DNA from: an uncultured Nitrososphaerota archaeon
Lineage (GTDB): Archaea; Korarchaeota; Korarchaeia; Korarchaeales; Korarchaeaceae
Length of the DNA: 32,000 nucleotides
Reading direction: 5' to 3'
NCBI GenBank assembly: GCA_964480775.1
Contig: CAYZRF010000004.1
Location: forward strand, 56,816 to 88,815
Within the stretch, counting starts at the first letter, position 1, and the number at the start of each line of letters is the position of its first letter. The notes under the pieces were generated by a model. The model did not search any database and was not told the DNA's origin. It worked only from the letters and a program-made list of their open reading frames with translations. The translations under genes and the position numbers were made by a program. This document shows positions 9,189 to 17,620 of this stretch, piece by piece.

Positions 9189-9644
9189 TCAAGAAAGACT
9201 CTTCAAGTACTCTTCGTACTCCTCTTGAGAAAGTAAATCCTTTACCTCCGCCTCGAGATCTGTGGCCTCCATTTCGATGAGCCAGCCCTCTCCATAGGGA
9301 TCTTCAGTTATTTTCTCAAGCTCCCCGACCACAAAAGCCTCTTCCTTCTCCTCTGTAACCCCAGCTTCCTTGTTAACAGCGGTTATCTTCCCGCTAACTG
9401 GCGAATATATGTATTCAGAAGCTTTTGCACTTTCTATAACTCCAAAGGGGTCTCCTTTCTTAATCTCAGTTCCAACAGGTTTTACCTCAACGCTTGTTAT
9501 GTCTCCCAATTGATGTGTAGCGAAGTGGGTGATCCCAACCCGAACTACGTTTTCAGAAACAATAGATAACCACTCGTGCGTTTTTGTATAGTACCTTCCT
9601 TTTGGAACCTCCTCCAAGTTACTCACCTTCTCCCTCTGCTTCAT
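9189..9644 (-). CDS. gcvH: Glycine cleavage system H protein (lipoyl carrier)
   Basis: 151 aa. YTKTHEWL near the N-terminus, the lipoyl-lysine context VIESAKASEYIYSPVSG, and an acidic C-terminal tail. Confidence 0.85.
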   Translation of the reverse strand: MKQREKVSNLEEVPKGRYYTKTHEWLSIVSENVVRVGITHFATHQLGDITSVEVKPVGTEIKKGDPFGVIESAKASEYIYSPVSGKITAVNKEAGVTEEKEEAFVVGELEKITEDPYGEGWLIEMEATDLEAEVKDLLSQEEYEEYLKSLS

Positions 9645-9659
9645 TGTAACAAATAAAAC

Positions 9660-10625
9660 TTACCAATCAGGGCTAACGGGAACTATGCCTGCCTTATCTA
9701 TGGCAAATATAGCCTCTCCTTCTTCCAGATAAGAAGAATCAACAACTCTGATTAGCCTCCTGTTTCCTTTCAGTCTTCTTATTAAAAGAACTAAATTAGG
9801 TATGTGTCCCAATACAAAGCCTCCAGCTGGCCTATATTTCTCTGTCTCTACTCCTCTCCCAACCCTTCCAACTACCTGGTTTGTCAGGAAAACAATTGCG
9901 TCCTTATCGCAGGCTCTTTTTAGGATCCTCATGAGTTCCTTGACGGCCTGTTGCCTTGGGGCCAGCTCCTTTATTCCTTGAAACTCCAACCTAAACGGAC
10001 TCAACAATGAGTCTACTATGATAAGCCCGACCCCCTCATCCTTAATTAAATCCAAAGCTCTCTCTGCAGCCGCAAAGAGTTCATGCGTATTACCCGCACC
10101 AGCATATAGGATCCCATCCATTATATTTTTGGGATCTAATCCTCTAAGACGACACATCTCCTCTATCCTCGCTGGAGAAAAGCCTCTTTCGGTGTCTATG
10201 TAGAATACCTTTGTGCTTAGGCCTCCCTGTTTTTCACCAAGCCTGGCGTTTATGGCAATGTGCATTGCCATTTGGGTTTTTCCGGATGCTGGTCTACCGT
10301 AGAGTTCAATTAACGTGCCCTGCTCCAATCCTCCTCCTAAGAGATCGTCAACCTCTTTAACTCCTATCTTCAGGCGTCTCTTATGCCTGCCCACCTCTGA
10401 AGCAGGTTTGATCTCGACGAAGGTAGAACCGATTACCCTTAGAATTTTTCCTGCAGTTCTGTTATCAACCCTTAGCTTTTCCGCAAGCTCGGAACCCGTC
10501 ATATAACGAATTTCATCAATCCCAAGCTTAAACAGCCGATCTATGACTTTTGGCGAGACTCCTGATTTAAGCAGCGCCTCTTTAATGTCTTTAATCCCCC
10601 GATTCACCCAAATTCCCTCCAACAA
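9660..10625 (-). CDS. radA: RadA/Rad51-family recombinase (RadA or a close paralogue) with an N-terminal HhH-like domain
   Basis: 321 aa. Walker A GRPASGKTQ, Walker B LIIVDSL. It aligns by eye to RadA blocks (DDLLGGGLE, FYIDTE..F.P.RI, RGLDP, LAPRQQ, VFLTNQV, PAGG..LGH, EGEA.F.I...GI). The track start is TTG 10625. An alternative GTG lies at 10607. Both overlap the carS 3' end. Confidence 0.75.
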   Translation of the reverse strand: MLEGIWVNRGIKDIKEALLKSGVSPKVIDRLFKLGIDEIRYMTGSELAEKLRVDNRTAGKILRVIGSTFVEIKPASEVGRHKRRLKIGVKEVDDLLGGGLEQGTLIELYGRPASGKTQMAMHIAINARLGEKQGGLSTKVFYIDTERGFSPARIEEMCRLRGLDPKNIMDGILYAGAGNTHELFAAAERALDLIKDEGVGLIIVDSLLSPFRLEFQGIKELAPRQQAVKELMRILKRACDKDAIVFLTNQVVGRVGRGVETEKYRPAGGFVLGHIPNLVLLIRRLKGNRRLIRVVDSSYLEEGEAIFAIDKAGIVPVSPDW

Positions 10626-11082
10626 GGATCTTTTCTTTTAATCTGTTGGTTCCAAAGTGAATTATGGGGGTGATGACTAATAAGAATAAGATAGCCTTTG
10701 TTGAAAGAGGTTCAATTTGATGAGATAGTATAAGAGAGAAAACCAGAAATCCTTCTTCATCAAGAATAGGCGTCCACTGCCCTGGCTTCCTCTTAAGACG
10801 CCTCTTCAAAAATGAACTCGCTAGATCACCCAACATTGCCCCTAGGCTCTGCAAGATTCCGACGAGCTCTCTACCTTGAAGGGTTCCAACGATGGTTCCG
10901 ACTAGAAGCCCTGCAAGTATTCCTCTGAAAGTTTTATGGTCTCCGAATATCCTTTCCCCGTCCATCCATCTTAAGCCCATATCCAAAGGCATACCACCTC
11001 CTAAAATGACGGGAGTAGCATTAGCAAAGTAGGCTGGCAGTATGTACCAAAGTGCGAATGCCAAGCTGTTAATATCACTCAT
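10591..11082 (-). CDS. carS: CDP-archaeol synthase (DUF46 / CarS family)
   Basis: 163 aa integral membrane protein. YILPAYFANATPVILGGG.PLD.G....DGERIFGDHKTFRG matches the CarS signature as I recall it. Confidence 0.75.
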   Translation of the reverse strand: MSDINSLAFALWYILPAYFANATPVILGGGMPLDMGLRWMDGERIFGDHKTFRGILAGLLVGTIVGTLQGRELVGILQSLGAMLGDLASSFLKRRLKRKPGQWTPILDEEGFLVFSLILSHQIEPLSTKAILFLLVITPIIHFGTNRLKEKILVGGNLGESGD

Positions 11083-11097
11083 CCTGAGTTCGTTGAT

Positions 11098-11730
11098 TTA
11101 TGGATCCGGTCTGAAGATAATCTTACTGATCTCACCACTTTCTCTTTCAACCTCAAGTTGAAACAAATTACTTCCAGTTTTATGTAATCTAATCGATATT
11201 GATGCAATCTTCTTAAGAGGTGGCCCGCCTAGTGGGTCTCCTGTTGAACTTTCCCTCGCAACTAGGAAAATTGTTTGACCTAAGCTTTGAGAAATGTACC
11301 TGAGGCAAGCAATCTGGAAGATAAGCTCTCTATGAAGTCTAATGTAGCGTTTGATGTTGTCTCTTGTTTTGAAAAGTTGTAAAAGATAATAAGAGGTAAA
11401 TTCATCAAAAACTACCCTTTTGAATTTTTTCGGGATTAGACTGAGCCTTAGAACCCACTTTTTCTGCTCATACCAATTTCTTATGCGGATCCTGAGAACT
11501 CTTTTAACGAATTTCTCTCCTAATTTTGGACCCAAGCGTCGAAATACTTCTATTGCATTGGAAGAATCAAATAAAATGGCTTTATCTTCGGTAGAAATTG
11601 TTTTTGATATGAGATACATCACAAAAGTGCTCTTTCCAGAACCTTCGGGCCCGTAGACAAGCACTACCCCTGGAACGCTTAGCCATTTCAAAAGTTCTTT
11701 CGGTAGGTCTTCTTTTAGCTCCTTTTCCAT
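11098..11730 (-). CDS. Small RecA-superfamily ATPase (RadB / KaiC-like RadA paralogue)
   Basis: 210 aa. Walker A VYGPEGSGKST, Walker B RVVFDEF, RadB-like size. The exact family was not resolved. Confidence 0.5.
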   Translation of the reverse strand: MEKELKEDLPKELLKWLSVPGVVLVYGPEGSGKSTFVMYLISKTISTEDKAILFDSSNAIEVFRRLGPKLGEKFVKRVLRIRIRNWYEQKKWVLRLSLIPKKFKRVVFDEFTSYYLLQLFKTRDNIKRYIRLHRELIFQIACLRYISQSLGQTIFLVARESSTGDPLGGPPLKKIASISIRLHKTGSNLFQLEVERESGEISKIIFRPDP

Positions 11731-11842
11731 GAGAGGAACTCGCCTCTTTCAGAGTTATAGGGAATGGCGGACTCACATATCCCTATCAATTAACTCTCCT
11801 AATTTTAAAGGAGACTTATGGACTTATTTCCAGGTTAAGGAG

Positions 11843-12967
11843 TTGGGAAATCTCGAAAAAATTCTGGGCTTCATCATCAATCCTATAGCTGGCTTGGGAG
11901 GTCCAGCAGGATTTAAGGGTACAGACCGCCCAGAGATAGTTGAGAAAGCGCTTCAAATGGGTATAAAGCCGAGAGCTCCTTTGAGAGGATCCATAGCTCT
12001 TCAAAAGCTCTCTAAACTTAATGTAAGGATTCTAACTCCGCCGAGAGAAATGGGATACGATGTTGTTAGAAGAATATTCCCCTCAGGAAACGTAGAAATG
12101 ATAAAAATAAATCTTCCAAAAAGGACCTCCTCGATTCACACTAAAATAGCAGCAAGAGAGATGAAAGAAAGGGGAGTGGATCTTCTATTTTTTGTCGGCG
12201 GGGATGGAACAGCGAAGGACATCTTGGATGCTGTTGGAACAGAGATCCCAGCTTTAGGTGTTCCTGCAGGGGTAAAAATATTTTCAGCCGTCTTTGGTGC
12301 CACACCATCTCACTCTGGTGAAATTGCAAGGAAGTTCATGTCAGAAGGTCTTCCTCTAAGACTTGCTGAGGTTGTGGATGTAGATGAAGATGCATACAGA
12401 TCAAATCAACTCGTGATAAAGCTGTACGGGTACCTTAAGGTGCCATATGAACCATCCTTGCTGCAATCCTCAAAACAACCATCTCTTCTAACAGAGGAGG
12501 AAGAACTCTCAAGGCAAGCCATTGCTAAGTACGTTGTTGAGGAGATGAAGCCGGAGGTTCTTTACATATTAGGTCCAGGACTCACGGTTTCTGAAGTAGG
12601 AAAGCAGCTTGGCTTTGAAAAAACCCTCCTTGGGGTGGATGTAGTGGTGAACTTCAAATTGATAGCCAGAGATGTCAATGAGATCCAGCTAAACGAGCTA
12701 GTCTCAAAGCATGAAGGTCCAATTAAGTTAATTCTATCTCCTTTAGGAGGATCTGGCATGTTGCTTGGACGTGGAAATCAGCAAATTGGAGACTATGTTC
12801 TTTCTAGAATTAGTAAGCAGGATCTCATTATCTTGGCAACCCCTTCAAAGCTGCACGGCTTGAAAACCCTGAAGCTCGACATACGGGGCGAGCTAGCGCG
12901 CAAGTTCGTTGGATACCACCGAGTAATAACTGGGTACAAAGAGGAAGAGGTAGTGCCTATCGAGTGA
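11843..12967 (+). CDS. ATP-NAD kinase-like (diacylglycerol/NAD kinase fold, COG3199-type) protein
   Basis: GFIINPIAGLGG lies near the N-terminus and LFFVGGDGTAKDIL is the GGDGT motif. The track start ATG 11729 overlaps the divergent ATG at 11730 and leaves no promoter space. I therefore prefer the in-frame TTG at 11843, downstream of a TATA-like AATTTTAAAG near 11799-11808. The start remains uncertain and the long form is 11729. Confidence 0.65.
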   Translation: MGNLEKILGFIINPIAGLGGPAGFKGTDRPEIVEKALQMGIKPRAPLRGSIALQKLSKLNVRILTPPREMGYDVVRRIFPSGNVEMIKINLPKRTSSIHTKIAAREMKERGVDLLFFVGGDGTAKDILDAVGTEIPALGVPAGVKIFSAVFGATPSHSGEIARKFMSEGLPLRLAEVVDVDEDAYRSNQLVIKLYGYLKVPYEPSLLQSSKQPSLLTEEEELSRQAIAKYVVEEMKPEVLYILGPGLTVSEVGKQLGFEKTLLGVDVVVNFKLIARDVNEIQLNELVSKHEGPIKLILSPLGGSGMLLGRGNQQIGDYVLSRISKQDLIILATPSKLHGLKTLKLDIRGELARKFVGYHRVITGYKEEEVVPIE

Positions 12968-12968
12968 T

Positions 12969-14168
12969 TTAGAAGTGCATTATGTTTTCCTTGCCTATGG
13001 TGGCTTTTACAACAGCAATCAGTTTTTCTTCAGTATCTTCTGGCGGTTCAATGAGATATGGACTTGGTCTAGGAGCAGGCTTTCCAGGTATGAAGTAGGG
13101 CGAGCTAACGCCAGCTACGAAAAGAATTACCCTTACCTTGTCGCCGAACTTCTCATCCGTGTCCACGCCTATCTTGACGTTTGCCTTTGAATTACCCATC
13201 TTTGCTTTCACTATGTCTGCTGCCCTCATGGCTTCATTCATTGTAAGGTTTGGTCCTCCAGTAACGACTAATAGAGCACCCTTAGCTCCCTCAAGGGAGT
13301 ACTCCAAGAGCTTGTTCTCTATAGCCATGTTCACTGCCTCTTCAACCCTCCTCTTTGGATCATCTGACTCGCCTATTCCGACTGCAGCTACGCCTCCAGC
13401 CGACAAGAACAGGCTTCTAACGTCTGCGAAGTCTATGTTCATGTGGGTTCTTTTGTTTATGATCTCAGTAATTCCTTTCACCATGATGGCAAGCGTGTAA
13501 TCAGCAACAGCTAAAGCATCCTGTAAGGGCAAATCACCTGTTAACTCCCTTAACTTCTCGTTTGAAATCAATATCACAGCATTAGCATTCTTCTTAAGCT
13601 CAGTTATGCCCTTAAGTGCGATTTCCTTCTTATCATCTCCTTCAACCTCAAACGGCAGAGTAACAACAGCGATGACGATGGCTCTCTTCTCCCTGGCAAT
13701 TCTTGCAACAACCGGGGCGGCTCCGGTACCCGTACCACCGCCCATACCTGCAGTTATGAATACCAGATCTGGTCTGTGTCCTAACACCTTGAATATCTTG
13801 TCCCTATCCCTTTCAGCTGCTGCTCTTCCTATGACTGGATCTCCTCCAGCCCCAAGACCATTTGTCAATTCTTCTCCAATTAACAGCTTCTCATCCGCAT
13901 ATGCTCCTTCCAGATGTCTCATATCCGTGTTTATGGCTATACACCTAGCTCCCTCAATACCCAATTTCATAAGGGTGTTCACGGTATTAGTACCAGCTCC
14001 TCCAACTCCGACTATAACTATATTGGCTCTCCTTCTCCTTTCCAATACCTCTCTTCCCCAAAGAGCTCTTTCCTCCGGAGGAACTCCGGGTATTAACTCA
14101 GATGGACCTTTTTCAACTGGTGGCTTTGTGGTCTTCAAAGCCAATGCTTCCTTCCTTATCTCCTCCAT
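12969..14168 (-). CDS. ftsZ: Cell division GTPase FtsZ
   Basis: 399 aa. Tubulin signature GGGTGTGAAPVVA, GVGGAGTN nucleotide-binding loop and NxDFAD-like NIDFADV. An SD (GGAGGTGA) lies 6 nt upstream of the ATG. Confidence 0.95.
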   Translation of the reverse strand: MEEIRKEALALKTTKPPVEKGPSELIPGVPPEERALWGREVLERRRRANIVIVGVGGAGTNTVNTLMKLGIEGARCIAINTDMRHLEGAYADEKLLIGEELTNGLGAGGDPVIGRAAAERDRDKIFKVLGHRPDLVFITAGMGGGTGTGAAPVVARIAREKRAIVIAVVTLPFEVEGDDKKEIALKGITELKKNANAVILISNEKLRELTGDLPLQDALAVADYTLAIMVKGITEIINKRTHMNIDFADVRSLFLSAGGVAAVGIGESDDPKRRVEEAVNMAIENKLLEYSLEGAKGALLVVTGGPNLTMNEAMRAADIVKAKMGNSKANVKIGVDTDEKFGDKVRVILFVAGVSSPYFIPGKPAPRPSPYLIEPPEDTEEKLIAVVKATIGKENIMHF

Positions 14169-14179
14169 TCTATCACCTC

Positions 14180-14326
14180 CTACTCAAAATATCCGATGAT
14201 AAGCAAACGTATTGCATCCCTGATCGCCTCACTCTTACTACAGTAACCATACAATCTTACAACTTCCTCTAGCCTTTTTTCCAAGGCCTCTGGAAGGTAG
14301 AAAGAGACGACTCCCACTAAAATCAC
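14180..14326 (-). CDS. Small ribbon-helix-helix (CopG-like) protein directly upstream of ftsZ, CdrS-like by position
   Basis: Not in the track because it is under 60 aa. My translation is V(start)ILVGVVSFYLPEALEKRLEEVVRLYGYCSKSEAIRDAIRLLIIGYFE, then TAG at 14182-14180. The beta-strand plus two-helix pattern is RHH-like. GTG starts are possible at 14326 or 14317. A TATA-like TTATATATA lies on the coding strand at 14353-14361. The stop is 11 nt from the ftsZ ATG. Confidence 0.6.
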   Translation of the reverse strand: MILVGVVSFYLPEALEKRLEEVVRLYGYCSKSEAIRDAIRLLIIGYFE

Positions 14327-14352
14327 CGAACCCGTTCCTAATTAGAAATGAG

Positions 14353-14361
14353 TATATATAA
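14353..14361 (-). promoter_or_regulatory. TATA-box-like element for the RHH-ftsZ unit
   Basis: The minus strand reads CCTTATATATAC. It is centred about 31 nt upstream of the GTG at 14326. Confidence 0.4.
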
Positions 14362-14693
14362 GGCGATCGACTGAAGACCTTTAATAAATGAAGAATGTAA
14401 GGGAAGGAATTCTATGAATAGAAATATATAAAACTAACTATTCAATAAAATACAATATTTGATATAAACAAAAGAAAACTGTATCTTGAATGCGAAGAAG
14501 GGCTGATTTTGTTGATAGAATTGAAATTACGAAAAGAACCAATAGAAATGAAAAAATAATATTTCCTATACCCTATGTTTCCACTCCGCTAAACTCAAAT
14601 GTTCAAGTTGAATTATTGTAAGACATGTCCCTTTCATCATAGGTCCTAAATTTTATTCGAGATACCAATCAAGATGAACCGAGGTAAAAAAAA

Positions 14694-16073
14694 ATGCGCT
14701 ACATCCCTAATACAAAGAAGGAAATAATCGAGGCTATGTTAGATGAAATTGGAGTTAAAGAGATCGAGAATCTATTCTCGGACATTCCAGAGAAACTCAA
14801 ACTGGACAGTCCTCCTGACATAGGAAATCCAATGGACGAGATCACATTATATCGAGAGGCTAAGGATGTTCTCTCAAAAAACGTGACTACGGATGAATTT
14901 CTGTCTTTTCTAGGGGGAGGGATATGGAACCACTATGTTCCTGCGGTGGTAGATGAGATAGCTTCTAAGCAAGAGTTCTACACCGCTTACACCCCATATC
15001 AACCGGAGATCTCCCAGGGAGCCCTGCAGGCCATATTTGAGTATCAATCTCTAATAGCAGAGCTCACAGGAATGGACGTAGTAAGCGCATCTCACTATGA
15101 TTGGTCAACTGCCCTAGCCGAAGCAGCCCTTATGAGCATGAGGATCAATCATAGGAACAAGCACATAGTTTCTTCAGCAATAAGCCCAGAGCGTCTATGC
15201 GTCCTAAGAACATATTTGAGTTCCCTCGATGCCTCGATAATTCCGCTCAACTATGAGAAAGACACCGGCTTTGTGGATTTAGACGATCTCGAGAAGAAAA
15301 TAGACGATGATACATGTATGGTCTATGTGGAGAACCCGAATTTCTTTGGAGTGATAGATGAAAACGTAACCGAGTTGGCTGACGTAGTCCATAAAAAGGG
15401 TGCTATCCTCGCCATAGGAGTTAATACCTTGTCTTTAGGTATTCTAAAACCTCCGGGAGAATATGGGGCTGACATTGTTATCGGAGAGGGCCAACAGCTG
15501 GGAATATACCAGAGCTTTGGAGGCCCTTTGTTGGGCATAATTGCAACGAGATTTGACAGAAGATTCGTAAGACAGATGCCTGGAAGGCTGATAGGAATGA
15601 CTTGGAGTAAGAAGGGAGCAAGAGGTTATGTAATAACACTCCAAACAAGGGAACAGCACATTAGAAGGGAGAGAGCAACGTCTAACATAACAACAAACGA
15701 GTCTCTTATGGCAATAAGGGCAGCTGTTTACCTAGCGCTACTAGGGAAAGACGGCCTAAAGAGTCTTTGTGAGAAAATACTCGTAAACACAGCATACTTG
15801 GTTAGGAGGCTCAACTCGATTGAGGGGCTGGAGGTCCCCGTCTTCAAATCAAAACACTTCCAGGAATTTCTAGTCAGGAGTCAGAAAAAGAAATGGTCAG
15901 AGATCCTGCAAAATCTGTTAAAGAGAGGAATCTTAGCTGGGATAAGCTTGAAAGAAAGGTTTCCGAGATATTTTGATGAGCTAGGTGAAGTCGCTCTTCT
16001 TTCTACAACTGAAATCCACACGAAGGCAGATCTAGATAGGTTCGTAGAGGAAGTTGAGGAGGTGGTCGCATGA
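14694..16073 (+). CDS. gcvPA: Glycine dehydrogenase (decarboxylating) subunit 1
   Basis: 459 aa. N-terminal MRYIPNT...EML..IG and YTPYQPEISQG.LQA.FE.Q are typical of GcvPA. 4-nt overlap with the next gene. Confidence 0.9.
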   Translation: MRYIPNTKKEIIEAMLDEIGVKEIENLFSDIPEKLKLDSPPDIGNPMDEITLYREAKDVLSKNVTTDEFLSFLGGGIWNHYVPAVVDEIASKQEFYTAYTPYQPEISQGALQAIFEYQSLIAELTGMDVVSASHYDWSTALAEAALMSMRINHRNKHIVSSAISPERLCVLRTYLSSLDASIIPLNYEKDTGFVDLDDLEKKIDDDTCMVYVENPNFFGVIDENVTELADVVHKKGAILAIGVNTLSLGILKPPGEYGADIVIGEGQQLGIYQSFGGPLLGIIATRFDRRFVRQMPGRLIGMTWSKKGARGYVITLQTREQHIRRERATSNITTNESLMAIRAAVYLALLGKDGLKSLCEKILVNTAYLVRRLNSIEGLEVPVFKSKHFQEFLVRSQKKKWSEILQNLLKRGILAGISLKERFPRYFDELGEVALLSTTEIHTKADLDRFVEEVEEVVA

Positions 16074-17620
16074 CTGGCTACTTTAGACAATCTAGATGGC
16101 AGAGGGAAGAGGAACTAATTGAACCAACAATATTCGAACTTTCTCAGGGTAGAAAAAATGGCTACTATCGATTTTCGATAGAAAAAGAGGTACTTGAAGA
16201 GATAGGAAACGCCAAAGAGCTTATTCCAGAGAAATTAATGAGGGAGGAGCTGAACTTACCCAATCTCTCTGAACCAGAAGTAGTCAGACACTTTTCTAGG
16301 CTGGCAGAGATGAACTACGGCGTCGATAGCGGTCCCTACTGGCTTGGTTCATGCACGATGAAATATAACCCAAAGATCAATGAAAGAATCGCTGTAAACC
16401 CGAAAGTAAGGCAGTTACATCCATACCAACCCGAGGAAACGGTCCAGGGAGCTTTGAAGATAATGTACGAGTTGGGAGAAATGCTTGGAATGATTACCGG
16501 GCTGAAACACTGGACCTTCCAGACATCCGCTGGTGCCCACGGAGAGTACCTTGGATGCTTAATCATAAGAGCCTACCAACTAGACAGAGGTGAAAGGCAA
16601 AGGGACGAGATACTCATTCCTCTATCAGCTCACGGTTCTAACTTTGCAAGCGCAGCCATGGCTGGCTTCAAGGTAATCAAGATCCCGATAGATGAAAAGG
16701 GATGTACGGATATAGCTGCCTTGAAAGCAGCCGTAGGTGACAGAACGGCTGGAATGATGATAACCAATCCTAACACGCTTGGGATCTTCGAGGAAGACAT
16801 TCTAGAAATAGCAGAACTCATACACGGGGCTGGTGGGCTGTTGTATTACGATGGAGCTAACCTAAATGCTCTCTTGGGTAAAGTCCTCCTTTCAGAAATG
16901 GGCGTGGACATTGCTCATTTGAACCTTCATAAGACCTTTTCGACGCCCCATGGAACTGGAGGTCCAGGTGCGGGAGCAGTCCTAGTGAGAGAAGGTCTTG
17001 AAGACTTCTTGCCTATTCCCGTGCTGAGGAAAAAGAACGGTCGATATTACTTTGATTACGATGTACCAAAAACAATTGGTAAGATCAAGGCATTTTATGG
17101 AAATTTCGAAGTTTTGGTGAAGTCTTGGGCTTATCTGAAAACCTTAGGGAGTGAGGGGCTTAGAAGGGTATCCGAAATTGCAGTACTAAATGCAAACTAC
17201 GCATTTGCGAGGATAAGAAAACTCAAACGAGTTTCTGTTGTATATGGGGAAGATAAACCAAGGAAACACGAGTTTGTCGTGAGCCTTAGGGGAGCAAAAT
17301 CTGAGATAGATGCTCCCGCCCTTCATGTTGCGAAAAGATTGCTCGATTATGGACTACATCCACCCACAATTTACTTCCCTCCAGTCGTCGAAGAAGCTTT
17401 TATGATGGAACCAACGGAATCAGACAGCAAAGAGGATATAGACTATTACTTTGAGGTTATGCGCAGGATATTGGAAGTAGAACTCGAGAAAAATCCTGAA
17501 TTGGTGTTGAATGCACCAATTAACTCTTCGATAGACCGTTTGGACGAGGTAAGAGCTGCTAGGGAGCCAATACTATCATGGAAAATATACGTACGACACT
17601 ATAAGGGCGAAAAAGCCTAA
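16070..17620 (+). CDS. gcvPB: Glycine dehydrogenase (decarboxylating) subunit 2 (PLP-binding)
   Basis: 516 aa. The PLP-lysine context is HLNLHKTFSTPHGTGGPGAG. GSCTMKYNPK is also present. Confidence 0.9.
   Translation: MTGYFRQSRWQREEELIEPTIFELSQGRKNGYYRFSIEKEVLEEIGNAKELIPEKLMREELNLPNLSEPEVVRHFSRLAEMNYGVDSGPYWLGSCTMKYNPKINERIAVNPKVRQLHPYQPEETVQGALKIMYELGEMLGMITGLKHWTFQTSAGAHGEYLGCLIIRAYQLDRGERQRDEILIPLSAHGSNFASAAMAGFKVIKIPIDEKGCTDIAALKAAVGDRTAGMMITNPNTLGIFEEDILEIAELIHGAGGLLYYDGANLNALLGKVLLSEMGVDIAHLNLHKTFSTPHGTGGPGAGAVLVREGLEDFLPIPVLRKKNGRYYFDYDVPKTIGKIKAFYGNFEVLVKSWAYLKTLGSEGLRRVSEIAVLNANYAFARIRKLKRVSVVYGEDKPRKHEFVVSLRGAKSEIDAPALHVAKRLLDYGLHPPTIYFPPVVEEAFMMEPTESDSKEDIDYYFEVMRRILEVELEKNPELVLNAPINSSIDRLDEVRAAREPILSWKIYVRHYKGEKA

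Noticed and set aside
11729-11842. ATG 11729 as the start of the NAD-kinase-like gene
   Set aside because: It overlaps by 2 nt the divergent ATG of the RecA-like ATPase gene and leaves no promoter for either gene. The encoded 38 extra residues (MRGTRLFQSYREWRTHISLSINSPNF...) precede the conserved GFIINPIAGLGG N-terminus. A downstream TTG is more plausible but unproven.
13606-14199. 197-aa plus-strand ORF, along with 12975..13190, 13138..13500 and 13914..14096
   Set aside because: They are entirely antisense to ftsZ, which has unambiguous tubulin/FtsZ motifs. Their composition is low-complexity and Pro/Ser/Ala-rich, typical of shadow frames.
14342-14693. Possible chromosomal replication origin in the long AT-rich intergenic region
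   Set aside because: There is no adjacent orc1/cdc6 gene and no long ORB-type inverted repeats. Only short AT-rich 8-9-mers recur, which may be chance. I kept this as a low-interest regulatory-region finding only.
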